A stretch of DNA of 64,000 nucleotides from Lama glama (lineage: Eukaryota): assembly GCA_028534125.1 (NCBI GenBank), contig CM052832.1, positions 20,400,001 through 20,464,000 of the forward strand. The letters run 5' to 3'. Positions 61,326-64,000 of the stretch are shown here, piece after piece. The translations under genes and the position numbers were made by a program. How positions within the stretch are numbered: position 1 is the first letter of the stretch; every line of letters starts with the position of its first letter. The notes beneath the pieces are model-generated. The model saw nothing but the letters and a program-made list of their open reading frames with translations, made no database searches and had not been told where the DNA came from.

Positions 61326-61796
61326 CCTCCAACAACACCACTATGGAAGCCAAATAAAATGTCTTGAGGCCAGATAAGGAAAAATCTGCTTTTATCAAAA
61401 AAAAAAATTTACTGCAGAAATGATTTGGCTTAGCTAAAAGAGCACCATAGAGGTAGATTCCTGAATAGGCATTTGGAGATGGGAGGCATAAGAAGGCTTT
61501 GGGTCCTAAAGCCTTCCTTGCATTCTGTCAAAGCACCCAAATAATGAATTCATTCTATAACACGCAATTGGCAAAAGAGCCAACAGCACATTTCTCAAAT
61601 CTTCTCTGATATATCCTGAGCTTATGCTGTTCTCACAAACCTACCTCCTTGGGGTTTATCCACATTTTCTCTTTACTGACAGGGCAGAATTTCAGAGAGA
61701 TTCTTTTGCTGTGGTTGACCACAAAAGGGCCGTGGCTGGCTATTAAGAAGACAGGCCCTCTGCACTCATATGAGCTGTACTACACAGTGCCTGTTT

Positions 61797-61818
61797 TGTT
61801 GTTGTTGTTGTTGTTGTT
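61797..61818. repeat. (TTG)n microsatellite
   Basis: Read directly from the sequence. Confidence 0.9.
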
Positions 61819-62900
61819 AACCCTGCTTCCCAAAGCATTTGAGATTTTCAGTGTGATCTGGAACCACGGTCCTGTGGACTAACACCAAACTCTTAAGTTT
61901 GTGTAAGAAAACTCAGCACAGTTCCTGGGACCCTACAGGCCTGGGGACAAAACTCTGTTTAGTATCTTGTCCTGCTATGTGTAGAAATAGGCAATAAATT
62001 ATCTAGCATCCAAATGAGTCACATAACACCAGCAGCAAAGAAAGTTATCATTTTCCTTCAGTTTACTTGTGCAGCATTAAGGAAAAAAATTAAATAAACA
62101 AATACAGATTATTTTTATAATGAATGCAATCTTCTTAGACTAATAGCCAGAGAAGGGGTATGATTGTTATATGTCTAAAAATCCCAAATGGCAAAATATA
62201 ATTAAAGTTAGAACTGCTGAACAAATAAACCTGTTAAACACATAATATTACCAGGCAAAATAGCTATGTGTTTATTATCACTTTGCCACTGTAATTATGT
62301 TCCCTGCAACTCTTCATGCATATATTAATATTTTGCTACCATCGGAGAGGCTAAAACATAAATTGTAGAGTGCTGAACACAGTTTCAACCAGAAAGACTG
62401 TGGTAAAAATGCCGGTTATTCAAAAGCAAAAATTTAAAAAAGAATCTTTGGATTTAATGTTATTACCAATTGCTTCACTGAGAAGTAAAAGAGTCTTCTA
62501 ACTACATGCATACTGGTCTCAAATGAATAATCTTTCTGTACCTCCACATGGGTATCTGGTTAGAAAATTCATAAAATTATCTATTGCAGGCCTCTTCGAG
62601 CATGAAGCACAGAAACTGTTCAGTTTAAATCGAAAAAGGAAACACCAGGAAATGAACCTAGGTTGCTATTCCCATGTAAATAGAAGACAAATATTTTTAA
62701 GTAATTTTAACTAATTTCCAAAGATTATGGATAAACTGTAATTGAATAGATGTGGGTTAGAGTGGGTGTGTTAGTTATTAGGATCCAGGAAAGGTCAGGA
62801 AATTAATTCCCCTGGGGTGAAACTCTGTATCCAAAAATAAGCAAGAAGAGACTTTGAAATGGTTTCTGGAGGCTTGACAAAATCAGCGTCAAAGACTGCA

Positions 62901-63015
62901 GGGGAAAAGAAAAAAAAAAAAAAGATCACTTGAAATGAATAGCAAAAAAAAAAAAAAAAAAGGAAGAGGAGGAGGAGGTAGAGGAAGAGGAAAGGGAGAA
63001 AAAGGAGAAAGAGAA
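62901..63015. repeat. Purine-rich low-complexity tract (polyA runs, GAG/GAA)
   Basis: Read directly; it produces the F/L-rich spurious ORF 62795-63040. Confidence 0.9.
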
Positions 63016-64000
63016 CCAAGTATCTGTAGGTCCAGAACACAGAATAAATCTTATGGCCTGGGTTAATAAAATACTATTGATGCCACCAATAAGTTACAGA
63101 AACAGGGGCTGGAAAATTTTAATAAAAACCACCAGCCTTTAGAACAACAGCAGTGCCAACAGAAACCTTTCCCCTTGAAAATTTCCCAACGTGAATTGAT
63201 TTACTTGAACTTAGATGTAACTAACTTCCATAAATTAATTTTTACCATTGGAAATATGGAGATTCTAGAAACAGACAGCAGAGCCAATAAATCAACCAAA
63301 GGAATATGATGGTTCAAAATCTCCATTATGATTAATATCTAACCACAAGATAACCATCTTTTGGGGGGATATCTTTCACAACAACTACGTTTTATTCTGA
63401 AAAATGAATGTCTTTCCATATGATCCAGCAAGTCACTATAAATTTTTTCAAATTTCCTTCAGTTCTTTTAACATAAATGCCATGAAATGATAATTTAAAT
63501 CCGTCATCATACATATTTGCTCCATGACATAATGACTACAAATGCCCTAACAAGTCCAATTTAATGGCCACTGTGCTTGTGGGTTTAGAGTGTGACGTTC
63601 CATTTCCTCATATTTGGGTTTTAGTCAAATCACTCATTAAAGTCAGGCTACTGAAGAGCTACCAGTGTTGAGCAACTCAAATTACTCCCATTTTGTGAAG
63701 GATTAAAACTTAAACCATTTTGATGGACATCACCCAACCAGTTAATTTATATATGGGGGTGGGAGGTTGCAAATCTGGATGCTCTCAAAATGGAAACTAC
63801 TATACAGTAATTGGCCACACACCTCTGCACACGTCCACGACACAGATGTGATCTTTCTTCAAACAGCAATGACTCAAGGTTTGCTCAGGCCTTGGATAAA
63901 GACCGAGATTTTTTTTAGGAGGAGTTGAAAGGGTCCTGACCAACATTCTGGCCTCATGCCTTGCCCTCTCTCTCCACCACTCACACTGTGCGGAAGTGAT

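Noticed and set aside
1..64000. Remaining short six-frame ORFs
   Set aside because: No recognisable protein family; many use non-ATG starts or lie in repeats or low-complexity sequence, as expected by chance in non-coding DNA.

Overview
This is mammalian nuclear DNA, almost certainly camelid: it has two vic-1-type tRNA-derived SINEs, several cetartiodactyl-type L1 3' ends, and no Alu, B1 or Bov-A elements. It reads as intronic or intergenic sequence. I cannot support any protein-coding gene, and the only ORF in the track with a recognisable product is a decayed LINE-1 ORF2 C-terminus (10831-11337, -). A large part of the window is transposon fossils (MIR, L2, L3/CR1, old and young L1, MLT1/MLT2/ERV LTRs, MER5, MER81, Tigger2 MITE, Zaphod, Arthur1), plus microsatellites and two fixed-size 500-N gaps. 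The observations most worth following up are: a probably full-length young L1 collapsed into the second gap, a ~37-bp L1 insertion whose TSDs record opposite-strand CpG decay, four 24-30 bp (near-)perfect palindromes, a pre-miRNA-sized hairpin in a small CpG- and motif-rich island, and a few weak exon-like segments. I found no convincing novel biological system. Repeat family names are recognised from memory of consensus sequences, not from a database search, so subfamily calls and boundaries are approximate.
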